Positions 27,994 through 36,761 of a DNA stretch of 64,000 nt are shown in pieces. Position 1 is the stretch's first letter. Each line of letters opens with the position of its first letter. The stretch is from assembly GCA_031082315.1 (NCBI GenBank), contig JAVHLC010000001.1, positions 221,224 through 285,223 of the forward strand. Reading direction: 5' to 3'. The stretch comes from Thermodesulfobacteriota bacterium. Lineage in GTDB: Bacteria; Desulfobacterota; QYQD01. A model generated the notes under the pieces. That model was not told the origin of the DNA, ran no database searches, and saw only the letters and a list, made by a program, of their open reading frames with translations. A program made the translations under genes and the position numbers.

Positions 27994-29083
27994 GTATCTT
28001 TTTTCCTATGTACCGTATCTTCTCCGGTTCAAGCATTGTATAAAAGGGCAATAGAATACCGGATCGGGCGAAAAGCTCCGAATTCGGCATTCCACCGCCT
28101 CTGGGAAAATTCCTGTAAGGAGGCATTTTGTGCAACGGGTAGAAAAGCGGACGCGTATCAATATTTCTCTTTTTCAGTTCCACTATCAGCTCATCACGGC
28201 TAATATCCAGTATATTTTCATCTATAAATACTGGGAAAAGCCAGTCGGCAATCTCGCCGGGGCTTTCATACCGGAATTCCAATCCGGATATTCCCTGAAG
28301 TTCTTCATAGTATACAAAGCGCAGCGATTTTCTTTTTTCAAGGATCTCATCTAATCTTTCAAGCTGGGCCACTCCAATGGCAGCGCTCAAATTTGTCAGA
28401 CGGTAATTATATCCTATCATGTCGTGCCAATACGTTTTTAGAGGGTTCATCCCATGATCCCGCAAAATCCTCATCTTTTCATAAAGTCGCTGGTCATCGG
28501 TCACGCATATTCCACCTTCGCCCATCGTTATTATTTTGTTCCCGTAAAAGCTGAAACATCCGATCTCGCCTATTGATCCTACCCTCTTGCCGTTTATTGA
28601 GGCCCCATGCGCCTCCGCGCAATCTTCAACTACAAAACATGAATACTCTCCGGCTATTTCGAGGATATCACCCATTAAACATGGATACCCCAGGAGGTGT
28701 ACGGGCATGATAGCCTTCGTTCTGTGAGAAATGACTTTTCTCACTTCCTTCGGATCAATGTTCCAATGGGATTCCATCGAATCCACGAAGACCGGCGTGG
28801 CTCCGGCGTGAATTACGGCGTTTGCACTGGCGGCAAACGTGAGGTTCGGAACAACAACCTCATCACCCTCTCCTATTCCAAGGGCGACAAGCGCCAGGTG
28901 CAGAGCCGTCGTACCGCTTGAGACCGCTACTGCGTATTTTGCGCCTAAAAACCCCGCAAACCCTTTTTCAAACAGCTCAATATATTTTCCCTTTGAGGAT
29001 ATCCAGCCGCTTTGAAGAGCATCCATGAGGTAACGCTCTTCATTCCCCTCAAAGGACGGCTCCATAACCGGAATCATTTTCAT
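27977..29083 (-). CDS. DegT/DnrJ/EryC1/StrS-family PLP-dependent sugar aminotransferase
   Basis: 368 aa. DALQSGWISSKGKYIELFEKGFAGFLGAKYAVAVSSGTTALHLAL and the PLP-lysine region FSFYGNKIITMGEGG. Confidence 0.8.
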   Translation of the reverse strand: MKMIPVMEPSFEGNEERYLMDALQSGWISSKGKYIELFEKGFAGFLGAKYAVAVSSGTTALHLALVALGIGEGDEVVVPNLTFAASANAVIHAGATPVFVDSMESHWNIDPKEVRKVISHRTKAIMPVHLLGYPCLMGDILEIAGEYSCFVVEDCAEAHGASINGKRVGSIGEIGCFSFYGNKIITMGEGGICVTDDQRLYEKMRILRDHGMNPLKTYWHDMIGYNYRLTNLSAAIGVAQLERLDEILEKRKSLRFVYYEELQGISGLEFRYESPGEIADWLFPVFIDENILDISRDELIVELKKRNIDTRPLFYPLHKMPPYRNFPRGGGMPNSELFARSGILLPFYTMLEPEKIRYIGKKIRELCG

Positions 29084-29159
29084 GGCAATATTCCTTGATT
29101 ACTTATGAATTCTTCATACCCATTAATGCTGCGGATATCCTCCGTCTACAATAACAACG

Positions 29160-29828
29160 TTAAAGAACGGTCAAAATCTCCCTTAATTGAGACAAATCAC
29201 TGATTACATAATCTGCAAACTCTCTATCCAAAGCGCTGTCCGGGTTGCCGTTCACTATACCCACACAAATAACGCCCAGCCTGCCCACAAGTCTCATATC
29301 CGCCTTCTCGTCACCTACGAACATGATCTGATCCGTCTTGAGTCCATATTTATTCTTAATATAGCTCATATGGGCTTTCCCCTTTATGAAATCACCGGAA
29401 GCGCCGAGCATTTCCTTAAAATATTTTTTTATATCAAGAAATACAGCTAACTCACATATCTCTTCCTTTACCGCCGAGCTCGAAACGAATAATTCAAAAC
29501 CCCTTGCCGCAAGCCACTGCAGAAGTTCCCTATTCTTTTCATCGAACACCCTGTTTTCCTTATAAGAAGTGGTATTCCTCAAAGTAAATTCTGAACTGAG
29601 CCTGTTAAACTCCAGAAGACTCAACTCTCTGCCCATATTTTCTATTGCAATGAGATTGAAAAGTTCCTTTCTTGAAACACCTGAATATTTCCTGTAGCTC
29701 AATGAGACATTTTCTGCATCCGCATTGTATATTTCTTCGAACATTGATGCGGCATTATTTATCTTCAACGGCATAGTATTGACAATCGTCCCGTCCCAGT
29801 CAAATACTACAGCCTTAATTCTTGCCAC
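29160..29828 (-). CDS. HAD-superfamily phosphatase
   Basis: 222 aa. Motif I VVFDWDGTIVNT and a C-terminal DE-motif region. Confidence 0.6.
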   Translation of the reverse strand: MARIKAVVFDWDGTIVNTMPLKINNAASMFEEIYNADAENVSLSYRKYSGVSRKELFNLIAIENMGRELSLLEFNRLSSEFTLRNTTSYKENRVFDEKNRELLQWLAARGFELFVSSSAVKEEICELAVFLDIKKYFKEMLGASGDFIKGKAHMSYIKNKYGLKTDQIMFVGDEKADMRLVGRLGVICVGIVNGNPDSALDREFADYVISDLSQLREILTVL

Positions 29829-31539
29829 TTAATCCCTCGTAAACAATACCTTCTACTCTTTCTATTTCCGCACAGGGAAATAAATGCCAGCAATCAAAAA
29901 GCAAGGCCGGTTTACTCATGAGATTAGTGAGGCCGAGAATATCCATGTCCAGATATGAACGGTGGTTGTTCATTATTAAAACGCAATCAGCTCCTTTAAA
30001 ACCTTCCCTCAGACTGGCTCCCACAACTCCATTACTTTCTATAACCTCTTTACCGACTACCGGATCATAGCCGGTTAATCGCCATGTTGTCTTGTCCTTA
30101 ATCAGATTTACAAGGTCTATAGCTGTTGAACCCCTTGTATCGGAGGTTTCAGGTTCCCCTTTGAAGGCAAATCCGATAATAAACACCTTTACGTCGTTAG
30201 CGTTATTTTTATACCTTTTCATGAAGGACTCCACCTTCCGAACAATGAACATAGGCATATATTCATTAATTTTTCTACTCATCAATGAGATCTCAGCCTT
30301 ATGTTCGACCTTTTCTGCCGAGTGTGCATACAAGTAAGGGTCTTTCTTTAAACATACTCCCCCAACTCCCGGGCTTGGTACTGGAATAGGATTCCTCGGA
30401 TAACCTTCGTTAGCCGCTTTAACTATATTCACCGCGTCAAGACCCCAGCGGTCACATATGAGGGCTAATTCATTAGCAAAGCCAAAAGAGAGATCTCTGA
30501 ATGAATTATTAATCAGTTTTACCATCTCGGCAGCTTCCAATGAGGGCACCCTTACAACCGTATTATTGAAGTAAGAAAAAAAGTTTACCGACTCATCCAG
30601 ACTTCTCTTATTCAGTCCCCCCATAACCTGAGGAATAGACCTCAGCTCTTCCAATGCGTTACCCTCTACTGTTCTTTCAGGGGCAAATGAAAGGTAAAAA
30701 TCTTCATCGGCCTTTAATCCCGATGCTTCCTCAAGAATGGGAAGGACTAAATTACGGGTTGTTCCGACAGGAACGGTAGATCTCAATATCACAGTATCTC
30801 TTTTCTTCAACACCTTACCCACTTTCCTCGTCGCTTTTCTAAGCAAATCCAGATTCGGCTTCCGATTCTTACCTATTGGTGTGCTGACACTTAAAATATA
30901 AATATCCGCCTTCCCTTCCGTCAGGTCAGAGTCGGCTCTTAAATTCCCTCTAGCCACATGAAATTTCAGGAGCGACGGGAGGCCTTTTTCATAGAAGTGA
31001 GGTCTCCCTGTATTTATATGGTTAACGACCTCTTTATTTATATCATAACCGATTACCTTAAATCCGGCATCGGCCAAAACAATGGACAAGGTAAGACCCA
31101 CAAAACCCAAACCGATAACACAAACCGTCTTATTTTTTACATCAGAGCCTTTCCACAACTCAAAAAAGTTTAAAACATCATCTACCCTTCCGTCCTTATC
31201 CACTATAATTACCTGATCAACCTTTACATCTCTGATCCTTCCGCTCGTTTCCACTTTCTTCGTCACCAATTCAATCATTTTCGTTTCGGAAAGATCTTTT
31301 GGCACTGTTATCGGGTCGTTAATCATAATATTTTCAACAGCAGAATCGATATCAACATCGTTTACCAGTGCCCGTCTTATATCCCCATCGGTTACTATAC
31401 CCAAAAGTTTCTTGTTATTGTTAACCACTAGCGCAATGCCGGTTGGGGCTCCTCTTGATGCAGCTCCGGTAATTATCTTCATAGTCTCACGAATCGTATA
31501 TTTAGATGAAATCATTATGGATTCTATCTTTTTATTCAT
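29815..31539 (-). CDS. CBS-pair domain fused to UDP-glucose/GDP-mannose dehydrogenase-family nucleotide-sugar dehydrogenase
   Basis: 574 aa. N-terminal tandem CBS domains, then the NAD-binding motif KTVCVIGLGFVGLTLSIVLADAG and the catalytic region of TviB/WecC-like dehydrogenases. Confidence 0.7.
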   Translation of the reverse strand: MNKKIESIMISSKYTIRETMKIITGAASRGAPTGIALVVNNNKKLLGIVTDGDIRRALVNDVDIDSAVENIMINDPITVPKDLSETKMIELVTKKVETSGRIRDVKVDQVIIVDKDGRVDDVLNFFELWKGSDVKNKTVCVIGLGFVGLTLSIVLADAGFKVIGYDINKEVVNHINTGRPHFYEKGLPSLLKFHVARGNLRADSDLTEGKADIYILSVSTPIGKNRKPNLDLLRKATRKVGKVLKKRDTVILRSTVPVGTTRNLVLPILEEASGLKADEDFYLSFAPERTVEGNALEELRSIPQVMGGLNKRSLDESVNFFSYFNNTVVRVPSLEAAEMVKLINNSFRDLSFGFANELALICDRWGLDAVNIVKAANEGYPRNPIPVPSPGVGGVCLKKDPYLYAHSAEKVEHKAEISLMSRKINEYMPMFIVRKVESFMKRYKNNANDVKVFIIGFAFKGEPETSDTRGSTAIDLVNLIKDKTTWRLTGYDPVVGKEVIESNGVVGASLREGFKGADCVLIMNNHRSYLDMDILGLTNLMSKPALLFDCWHLFPCAEIERVEGIVYEGLSGKN

Positions 31540-31634
31540 CAGTCACCCTTAATCCTAATTATATTTTTATATTTGCTTCAGTTTCCTGTACATTCCTGAC
31601 TTTTTTAAATGATAAACTAAGCGGCTTCGGTGTG

Positions 31635-33833
31635 TTATCTCCTTTGGATGATTTCTTCCACCTGGAGAGCTATTTCGGTCGCCTGGATCTGTTCCCATAA
31701 CTCAATAGGCCAGTGTCCACCACTTATAAGGGCGTCACAAAAAACATGCATCTCGTCAAATAAGCCCTTGTCCTGATTCTTTTTTTTAAACCCTGAAAGC
31801 TTTGAGCCATGAATATCAACAGATTTATAATCGTTAAGTTCAATTATCATTCCGTCCACATATATCTCCATTCGTTCCTTAGGCAGGTCCCGTGAGCCCA
31901 TGGCCGTATATACCAGGTTAGCAACGGACCCATCTTCGAAAGTGATAGTAGCTATAAAATTATCATTTTCAAGGTAGTAGCCGTTGGCTTTAGAGATTGC
32001 AGCAGCCTGAACAGAAGTGAATTTAGAACCTACAATGTAGGTAAATAGGTCATATATGTGACACGCCTCGCCGATGTTCCGCCCCCCACCCTCAGGACCA
32101 TGTACCCAACTATCGGATGGAATATATCCGGCGTTCATGCGGTAATTTATGATTAATGGATTGGTCCTCTTTTCAACTACTTCTTTTATTCTCCTTATAA
32201 AAGGAGCGAATCTCCTGTTAAAGCCTGCCATAAGGATTTGGCCGCTATTCTCTTTAGCGTTAAAGTAAGCGCATATCTCTTCCATCTCCTTACGCTTTAC
32301 CGCCAGGGGTTTCTCTACAAAGACATGTTTGCCTGCCCTGAGGGCAAGCAGCGCGTACTCGGCATGAAGGTTATGCCGAGTACATATGATAACAGCATCG
32401 GTTTCCCTGTCATCAAGTATCTCATTAATATCCGTTGTCGCATAAGCCGCATCATAGCGCTTCGACACCGTGAGAACTTTGTGCCCGCTACGGCTCATAA
32501 CCCCTCTCAAAATGCATCTATCCGAAAGCCTTTTGATATTCGGGAGATGATTCGATAGGGCAAAATTCCCTGCACCTATTAAAGATATGCCTATTTTTGA
32601 CTTCTTAACAACCTCAGCTGTTGAATTTTTAATGACCAGAGATTCCGCGCCGTTCTTCTTCTCCGGATATTCCAAAAGCACCATCATGGCTCCGGAGCTT
32701 AATTGGGCATAAGCCTGAGGGGCTTCATCTATTATTTTACGGTCGCTTATCAAAGATGCCACGTCTATACTCTTGTTCGCCAGAAGATCAAGGTATGCCG
32801 ACATATTGCGGTTTTCGGTCCATCGAACGTAACCGATCGGATAATCCATCCCATTTTCCTCATATGCCGTATCGTATCTTCCTGGCCCGTAGGATGTTGA
32901 GATAAAAAAATCCAGTTCCTTACTGTAAAAATCGCTTCGATTTAAATTTAATCCGATATCCCCGATCAAAACCACTCTTCCTTTTTTTCTGCACATATTA
33001 AAAGCTGTAGATATAACCTCATCCGAGGGAGTAGATGCACAAATCACCACGCCGTCTGCGCCATGGCCCATTGTCAATCTGTAGGTATGCTGAACGGGAT
33101 CCAAAAGTTTCGAATTGAACGCCCACCGCATTCCCAACGACGCAGCAATGTTCACTCTATCATCATCAGTGTCAATACCAAGCGCTTTACACCCATTCGC
33201 TTTTAGCAGTTGTCCTACAATCTGCCCGATGGCTCCAAGCCCTATTACCACAAAAGTTTCCCCTAATGTGGGCTGCAATCTGCGTATACCCTGAAGCGCA
33301 ATGGCCCCAATCGTTACTGTAGATGCAAGGTCAGCGGCCAGATTGTCCGGCACCTTAACCACAAGGTTCTTGGGGACGCAAACCAACTCGGCATGATTGG
33401 CAAACTGGCCACCAACCGCAACCAAGCCCCCTTCCGGGAATCCCTTTGCGCCTTTTGAGCCCACCACTCTACCCGCTGCAGAGTACCCCATCGGGAATTC
33501 AGCCTCGAGGGTACTACGAGCAATACTAAGCGAATTAGAAAGCCCGCGATCTTTAATGCTATGAATCACTCTGTGGGGTTGTTCGACCACGCGTTTCCAA
33601 AGCGGTTTCGCAGAATTCTTGATTCCAGCCAACTCGGTGCCGCTGGATATGCACGAGTACAGGAGCCGCACCAGCACACGTCCATCAGACAACATTGCGG
33701 CCGGCACATCTTTAACCAAAATCTGTCCTTTTTTGAGTAATACCTGTTTCATTTGTCCACAGTTTTGCCCGCCACACCGAAAATCATTATTAAAGTGCCG
33801 GGAGTCTGTCGGAGTTAGATTTCGGCCCGGCAA
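31635..33833 (-). CDS. bifunctional oxidoreductase: MDR zinc-type alcohol-dehydrogenase-like domain fused to Gfo/Idh/MocA domain
   Basis: 732 aa. N-terminal GroES-like/MDR domain (VIGLGAIGQIVGQLL), C-terminal Gfo/Idh/MocA (IGISLIGAGNFALSNHLPNIKR...EKP). Confidence 0.65.
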   Translation of the reverse strand: MPGRNLTPTDSRHFNNDFRCGGQNCGQMKQVLLKKGQILVKDVPAAMLSDGRVLVRLLYSCISSGTELAGIKNSAKPLWKRVVEQPHRVIHSIKDRGLSNSLSIARSTLEAEFPMGYSAAGRVVGSKGAKGFPEGGLVAVGGQFANHAELVCVPKNLVVKVPDNLAADLASTVTIGAIALQGIRRLQPTLGETFVVIGLGAIGQIVGQLLKANGCKALGIDTDDDRVNIAASLGMRWAFNSKLLDPVQHTYRLTMGHGADGVVICASTPSDEVISTAFNMCRKKGRVVLIGDIGLNLNRSDFYSKELDFFISTSYGPGRYDTAYEENGMDYPIGYVRWTENRNMSAYLDLLANKSIDVASLISDRKIIDEAPQAYAQLSSGAMMVLLEYPEKKNGAESLVIKNSTAEVVKKSKIGISLIGAGNFALSNHLPNIKRLSDRCILRGVMSRSGHKVLTVSKRYDAAYATTDINEILDDRETDAVIICTRHNLHAEYALLALRAGKHVFVEKPLAVKRKEMEEICAYFNAKENSGQILMAGFNRRFAPFIRRIKEVVEKRTNPLIINYRMNAGYIPSDSWVHGPEGGGRNIGEACHIYDLFTYIVGSKFTSVQAAAISKANGYYLENDNFIATITFEDGSVANLVYTAMGSRDLPKERMEIYVDGMIIELNDYKSVDIHGSKLSGFKKKNQDKGLFDEMHVFCDALISGGHWPIELWEQIQATEIALQVEEIIQRR

Positions 33834-33860
33834 GCGGATTCAAGCCCACGCCTCCGATTT

Positions 33861-34691
33861 TTACTCATTAGCTTTTTTTCTACGGGCAAATGATTCCTGT
33901 ATAAAGGCACCAAATACACCAATCATAAAACCTGAAAACGTACCTAATGATACAACGCGAAACGTTTTGGGTCTGGCAGACCCTTCGGGCAATATGGCGG
34001 GGTCTACAACCCTGGTATTTTCTGAGCGCAGTGGGCTGTTGGCTAACCGAACTTCTCCAAGCCTTTGTTTTAAGGTACCCAGGTTGTTTCCCCTATCGTT
34101 TAAGTTTGCGGTAAATAGGATTACCGCCGGGACGTCAATTTTTGGATTCCTCTGGATTTTCGCCAGGTTTTCCCTCAACACCCTGATTTCTGCTTCGGAA
34201 GCAGCTATCCGGACGTTTAAATCTGCTTCAATGTCCCTGGCTACTCTCATGGCCTCATCAAACCTTACTTTATGCCTTTCTACTACCTCGTTAGCTACGG
34301 CATTTACAATCGCCACGGCCTGTTCGGGAGATTCAGCCTCGGTCTGAACATTGATTAAGTTGGTGTTTCGCTCTACAGAGGCATTTATATTTAGATGCTT
34401 CGGTTTAAGACCATTTTTCTGTATAACCGTGGCCAGAAAAGGCCTGCTTTTAATTTGGGCTGCAACATTATTCACATCATCGATACTGCCCATATTCCCT
34501 ATACATCCTACGCTCAAAATTAGCTCAGAGCGGTAACTCTTGGGGAGCAGAAGGCTTATGACGGCAGCCGATATAGCGCAGAGGAGGGTAATAGACAAAA
34601 TAAGCACTTTTCTTTTCCACAGAACTCCAAGATAAGCCCACAGGTCTATTTCGTCTTCGCAGATATCGGGAAGTCTTTCGTTGGTATTCAT
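33861..34691 (-). CDS. Wzz-like polysaccharide chain-length determinant (PCP family)
   Basis: 276 aa. N-terminal DEIDLWAYLGVLWKRKVLILSITLLCAI TM segment plus a second C-terminal TM segment and a coiled middle region. Confidence 0.6.
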   Translation of the reverse strand: MNTNERLPDICEDEIDLWAYLGVLWKRKVLILSITLLCAISAAVISLLLPKSYRSELILSVGCIGNMGSIDDVNNVAAQIKSRPFLATVIQKNGLKPKHLNINASVERNTNLINVQTEAESPEQAVAIVNAVANEVVERHKVRFDEAMRVARDIEADLNVRIAASEAEIRVLRENLAKIQRNPKIDVPAVILFTANLNDRGNNLGTLKQRLGEVRLANSPLRSENTRVVDPAILPEGSARPKTFRVVSLGTFSGFMIGVFGAFIQESFARRKKANE

Positions 34692-34888
34692 GAAGTCTCC
34701 TTAAAAAGATGGCGGGCTGGAATGTTCTGGAGGGGGATTAAACCACCAGTCGAGAAATTTCCTTGCTACTTTAACCGCCTTTTCGCATCTCTCCTTGATT
34801 TCAAAGACAGAAGCCAGTTTGTATTTGTTAGTTCTTTCTCATTTCAAGTGGGTAATCCAAACATCCCCGATCGTTTCTTTCACAAGTT

Positions 34889-34977
34889 TTGAAGCTCCCC
34901 GCAGTCCGCCTTGGGCGGACGGGGAATCTCCGTATGCAAGGTAAAATGCATCGTATTCGCTCGCTATGCATGTTCAA
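34889..34977 (-). repeat. conserved box plus hairpin intra-operon element, copy 2 (longer hairpin with a 34-nt insertion)
   Basis: Same flanks as 2275..2326 (TTGAAGCTCCCCGCAG ... CGCTCGCTATGCATGTTCAA). Hairpin CCCCGCAGTCCGCC-TTG-GGCGGACGGGG. The box overlaps the last 4 codons of the uxs-like gene. Confidence 0.5.
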
Positions 34978-35902
34978 AATATATAATTGTCTGTTTTAAG
35001 CCCTCTTCCAGGCCGATCTTCGGTTCCCAGCCGAGTGTCTCTCTGGCCAGTGTGATATCCGGTTGTCTCTGGATCGGGTCGTCCTGGGGGAGCGGTTTGA
35101 ATACGATCCTGGACTTTGAGTTGGTCAGGCCGATGATTTTTTGAGCCAGCTCCAGGATAGTAAACTCTCCTGGGTTGCCCAGATTGACCGGCCCGGTAAG
35201 GTCGTCCGGGGAGTCCATGAGGCGGATAAAGGCCTCGATCATGTCATCCACATAGCAAAAAGACCGGCTCTGAGAGCCAGCGCCAAAGACAGTGATGTCC
35301 TTTCCAGAAAGGGCCTGCACTATAAAGTTGCTTACCACCCGGCCGTCGTTGGGATGCATGCGCGGGCCGTAGGTATTGAATATCCTGGCCACCTTGATGC
35401 GCAGTCTGTGCTGACGGTGGTAATCAAAAAATAAGGTCTCGGCACAGCGCTTACCCTCATCGTAGCAGGAGCGGAACCCAATGGGATTGACGTTTCCCCA
35501 GTAGCTTTCTGGTTGTGGATGAACCTTCGGGTCTCCATAAACCTCGCTGGTCGAGGCCTGAAGTATCTTGGCCTTGAGCCGTTTGGCCAGCCCCAGCATA
35601 TTGATAGCGCCATGTACGCTGGTCTTGGTAGTTTGGACCGGATCATGCTGGTAGTGAATGGGGCTGGCCGGGCAGGCCAGGTTGTAGATTTCATCCACCT
35701 CGACATATAGAGGAAAGGTGATATCGTGGCGCAACACCTCAAGGCAGGAATGGTCCAGGAGAGGCTGAATATTCGCCTTTGTACCGGTAAAAAAGTTATC
35801 GACGCATATCACCTCATGGCCGTCTTTAAGCAGTCTCTCGCAGAGATGGGAACCAAGAAATCCGGCTCCGCCGGTAACCAGAATTCGCTTACGTAGGTGC
35901 AT
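34964..35902 (-). CDS. UDP-glucuronate decarboxylase (UXS-type SDR; NAD-dependent epimerase/dehydratase family)
   Basis: 312 aa. [34 protein letters not shown] and the YxxxK region. First biosynthetic gene downstream of the terminator. Confidence 0.8.
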   Translation of the reverse strand: MHLRKRILVTGGAGFLGSHLCERLLKDGHEVICVDNFFTGTKANIQPLLDHSCLEVLRHDITFPLYVEVDEIYNLACPASPIHYQHDPVQTTKTSVHGAINMLGLAKRLKAKILQASTSEVYGDPKVHPQPESYWGNVNPIGFRSCYDEGKRCAETLFFDYHRQHRLRIKVARIFNTYGPRMHPNDGRVVSNFIVQALSGKDITVFGAGSQSRSFCYVDDMIEAFIRLMDSPDDLTGPVNLGNPGEFTILELAQKIIGLTNSKSRIVFKPLPQDDPIQRQPDITLARETLGWEPKIGLEEGLKQTIIYFEHA

Positions 35903-35947
35903 ATAGATAACCTCGCTTTCTTTATTATTCAGAAAATCCTTTTAAAT

Positions 35948-35984
35948 CCCCCCAGCCCCCCTTTGCAAAAGGGGGGCTGGGGGG
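35948..35984 (-). terminator. strong intrinsic-terminator-like hairpin (C6-AG-C6 / G6-CT-G6 perfect stem) between the regulator gene and the biosynthetic operon
   Basis: 37-nt perfect palindrome CCCCCCAGCCCCCCTTTGCAAAAGGGGGGCTGGGGGG. On the minus strand it is followed by ATTTAAAAGGATTTT. It lies 40 nt downstream of the 36027 stop and only about 45 nt upstream of the uxs start. Confidence 0.6.
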
Positions 35985-36026
35985 ATTTTCATGGTTCGCA
36001 GGTGGTGCCTCCACAACGAGCAATTG

Positions 36027-36641
36027 TTAGGGATTAGACGTAATTTGGTGCGGCGCCAATGAGAGTAAATCAAAAACCATCCGCTCAGAGCCGCCGTTTT
36101 CTCTTATGTCTCTTATTTTTTCATCACAGTCTTCTATAGTGGTTATAAATATCGCGGCCTCGGGTAGCGTGGAAAGGTCCTCCGGCGAACAGATCGGATG
36201 ACCGAAGAAGGTACCCCCTTCGTTTTTTCTGTCAATTATACCCACCAGGGTTATGGAGCTTCCGTACAAACAGTGGTACAACAATTCCGCTGTCTCTCCG
36301 GCGCCGTAAAAAATGATTGCCCGGATGCGGTCATTCTCAAGTTCCCGGAGTCTTTTCTGAATAGCTTTTCTTATATCCCGGTAAAACCTGAAACAATAGT
36401 CGAAGTACTCTGCAACCAGGCGTGATTTTGCATCCCGGCCTTTTGGCGTCAATACGTATGTTGAATGTTTAGGCGGCAGGACACAAACCTCGAAATATCC
36501 GTCTCTGACGGCGCGTTTTATAAAGAGGTTGATGAGGCCGAGGGATATATTGAGCCTTTTTGACAACTCCCGTTGGGTCACATGGCCGTTTTGTTCAACG
36601 GCATCAAGTAGGCGCAAAAAATGACGTTTTTCTCTTTCCAT
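36027..36641 (-). CDS. winged-HTH transcriptional regulator fused to a Rossmann-like domain resembling the N-terminal domain of PglD/NeuD/WbaP-type sugar-modifying enzymes
   Basis: 204 aa. N-terminal HTH (VTQRELSKRLNISLGLINLFIKRAV). C-terminal IIFYGAGETAELLYHCLYGSSITLVGIIDRKNEGGTFFGHPICSPEDLSTLPEAAIFITTIED. Confidence 0.5.
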   Translation of the reverse strand: MEREKRHFLRLLDAVEQNGHVTQRELSKRLNISLGLINLFIKRAVRDGYFEVCVLPPKHSTYVLTPKGRDAKSRLVAEYFDYCFRFYRDIRKAIQKRLRELENDRIRAIIFYGAGETAELLYHCLYGSSITLVGIIDRKNEGGTFFGHPICSPEDLSTLPEAAIFITTIEDCDEKIRDIRENGGSERMVFDLLSLAPHQITSNP

Positions 36642-36761
36642 TATTCAAGAGATGCGTAATGGGTCATGAGTGATTAGCAAGAAAAGGACATAGCTCCGCT
36701 TTGTCGGTTACATACGTATTACCTGGTAACCGATTAAGGGGTGATTGATGGGTAGGTTAAA

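Noticed and set aside
33619-34347. 242-aa plus-strand ORF
   Set aside because: Antisense to the Wzz-like and oxidoreductase genes. Low-complexity Ser/Thr-rich translation typical of a shadow ORF.
34941-34975. Possible sigma-54 -24/-12 promoter (TTGCAT) within the repeated box
   Set aside because: No GG dinucleotide at the required 10-11 nt spacing upstream of the TTGCA. Does not fit TGGCAC-N5-TTGCW.
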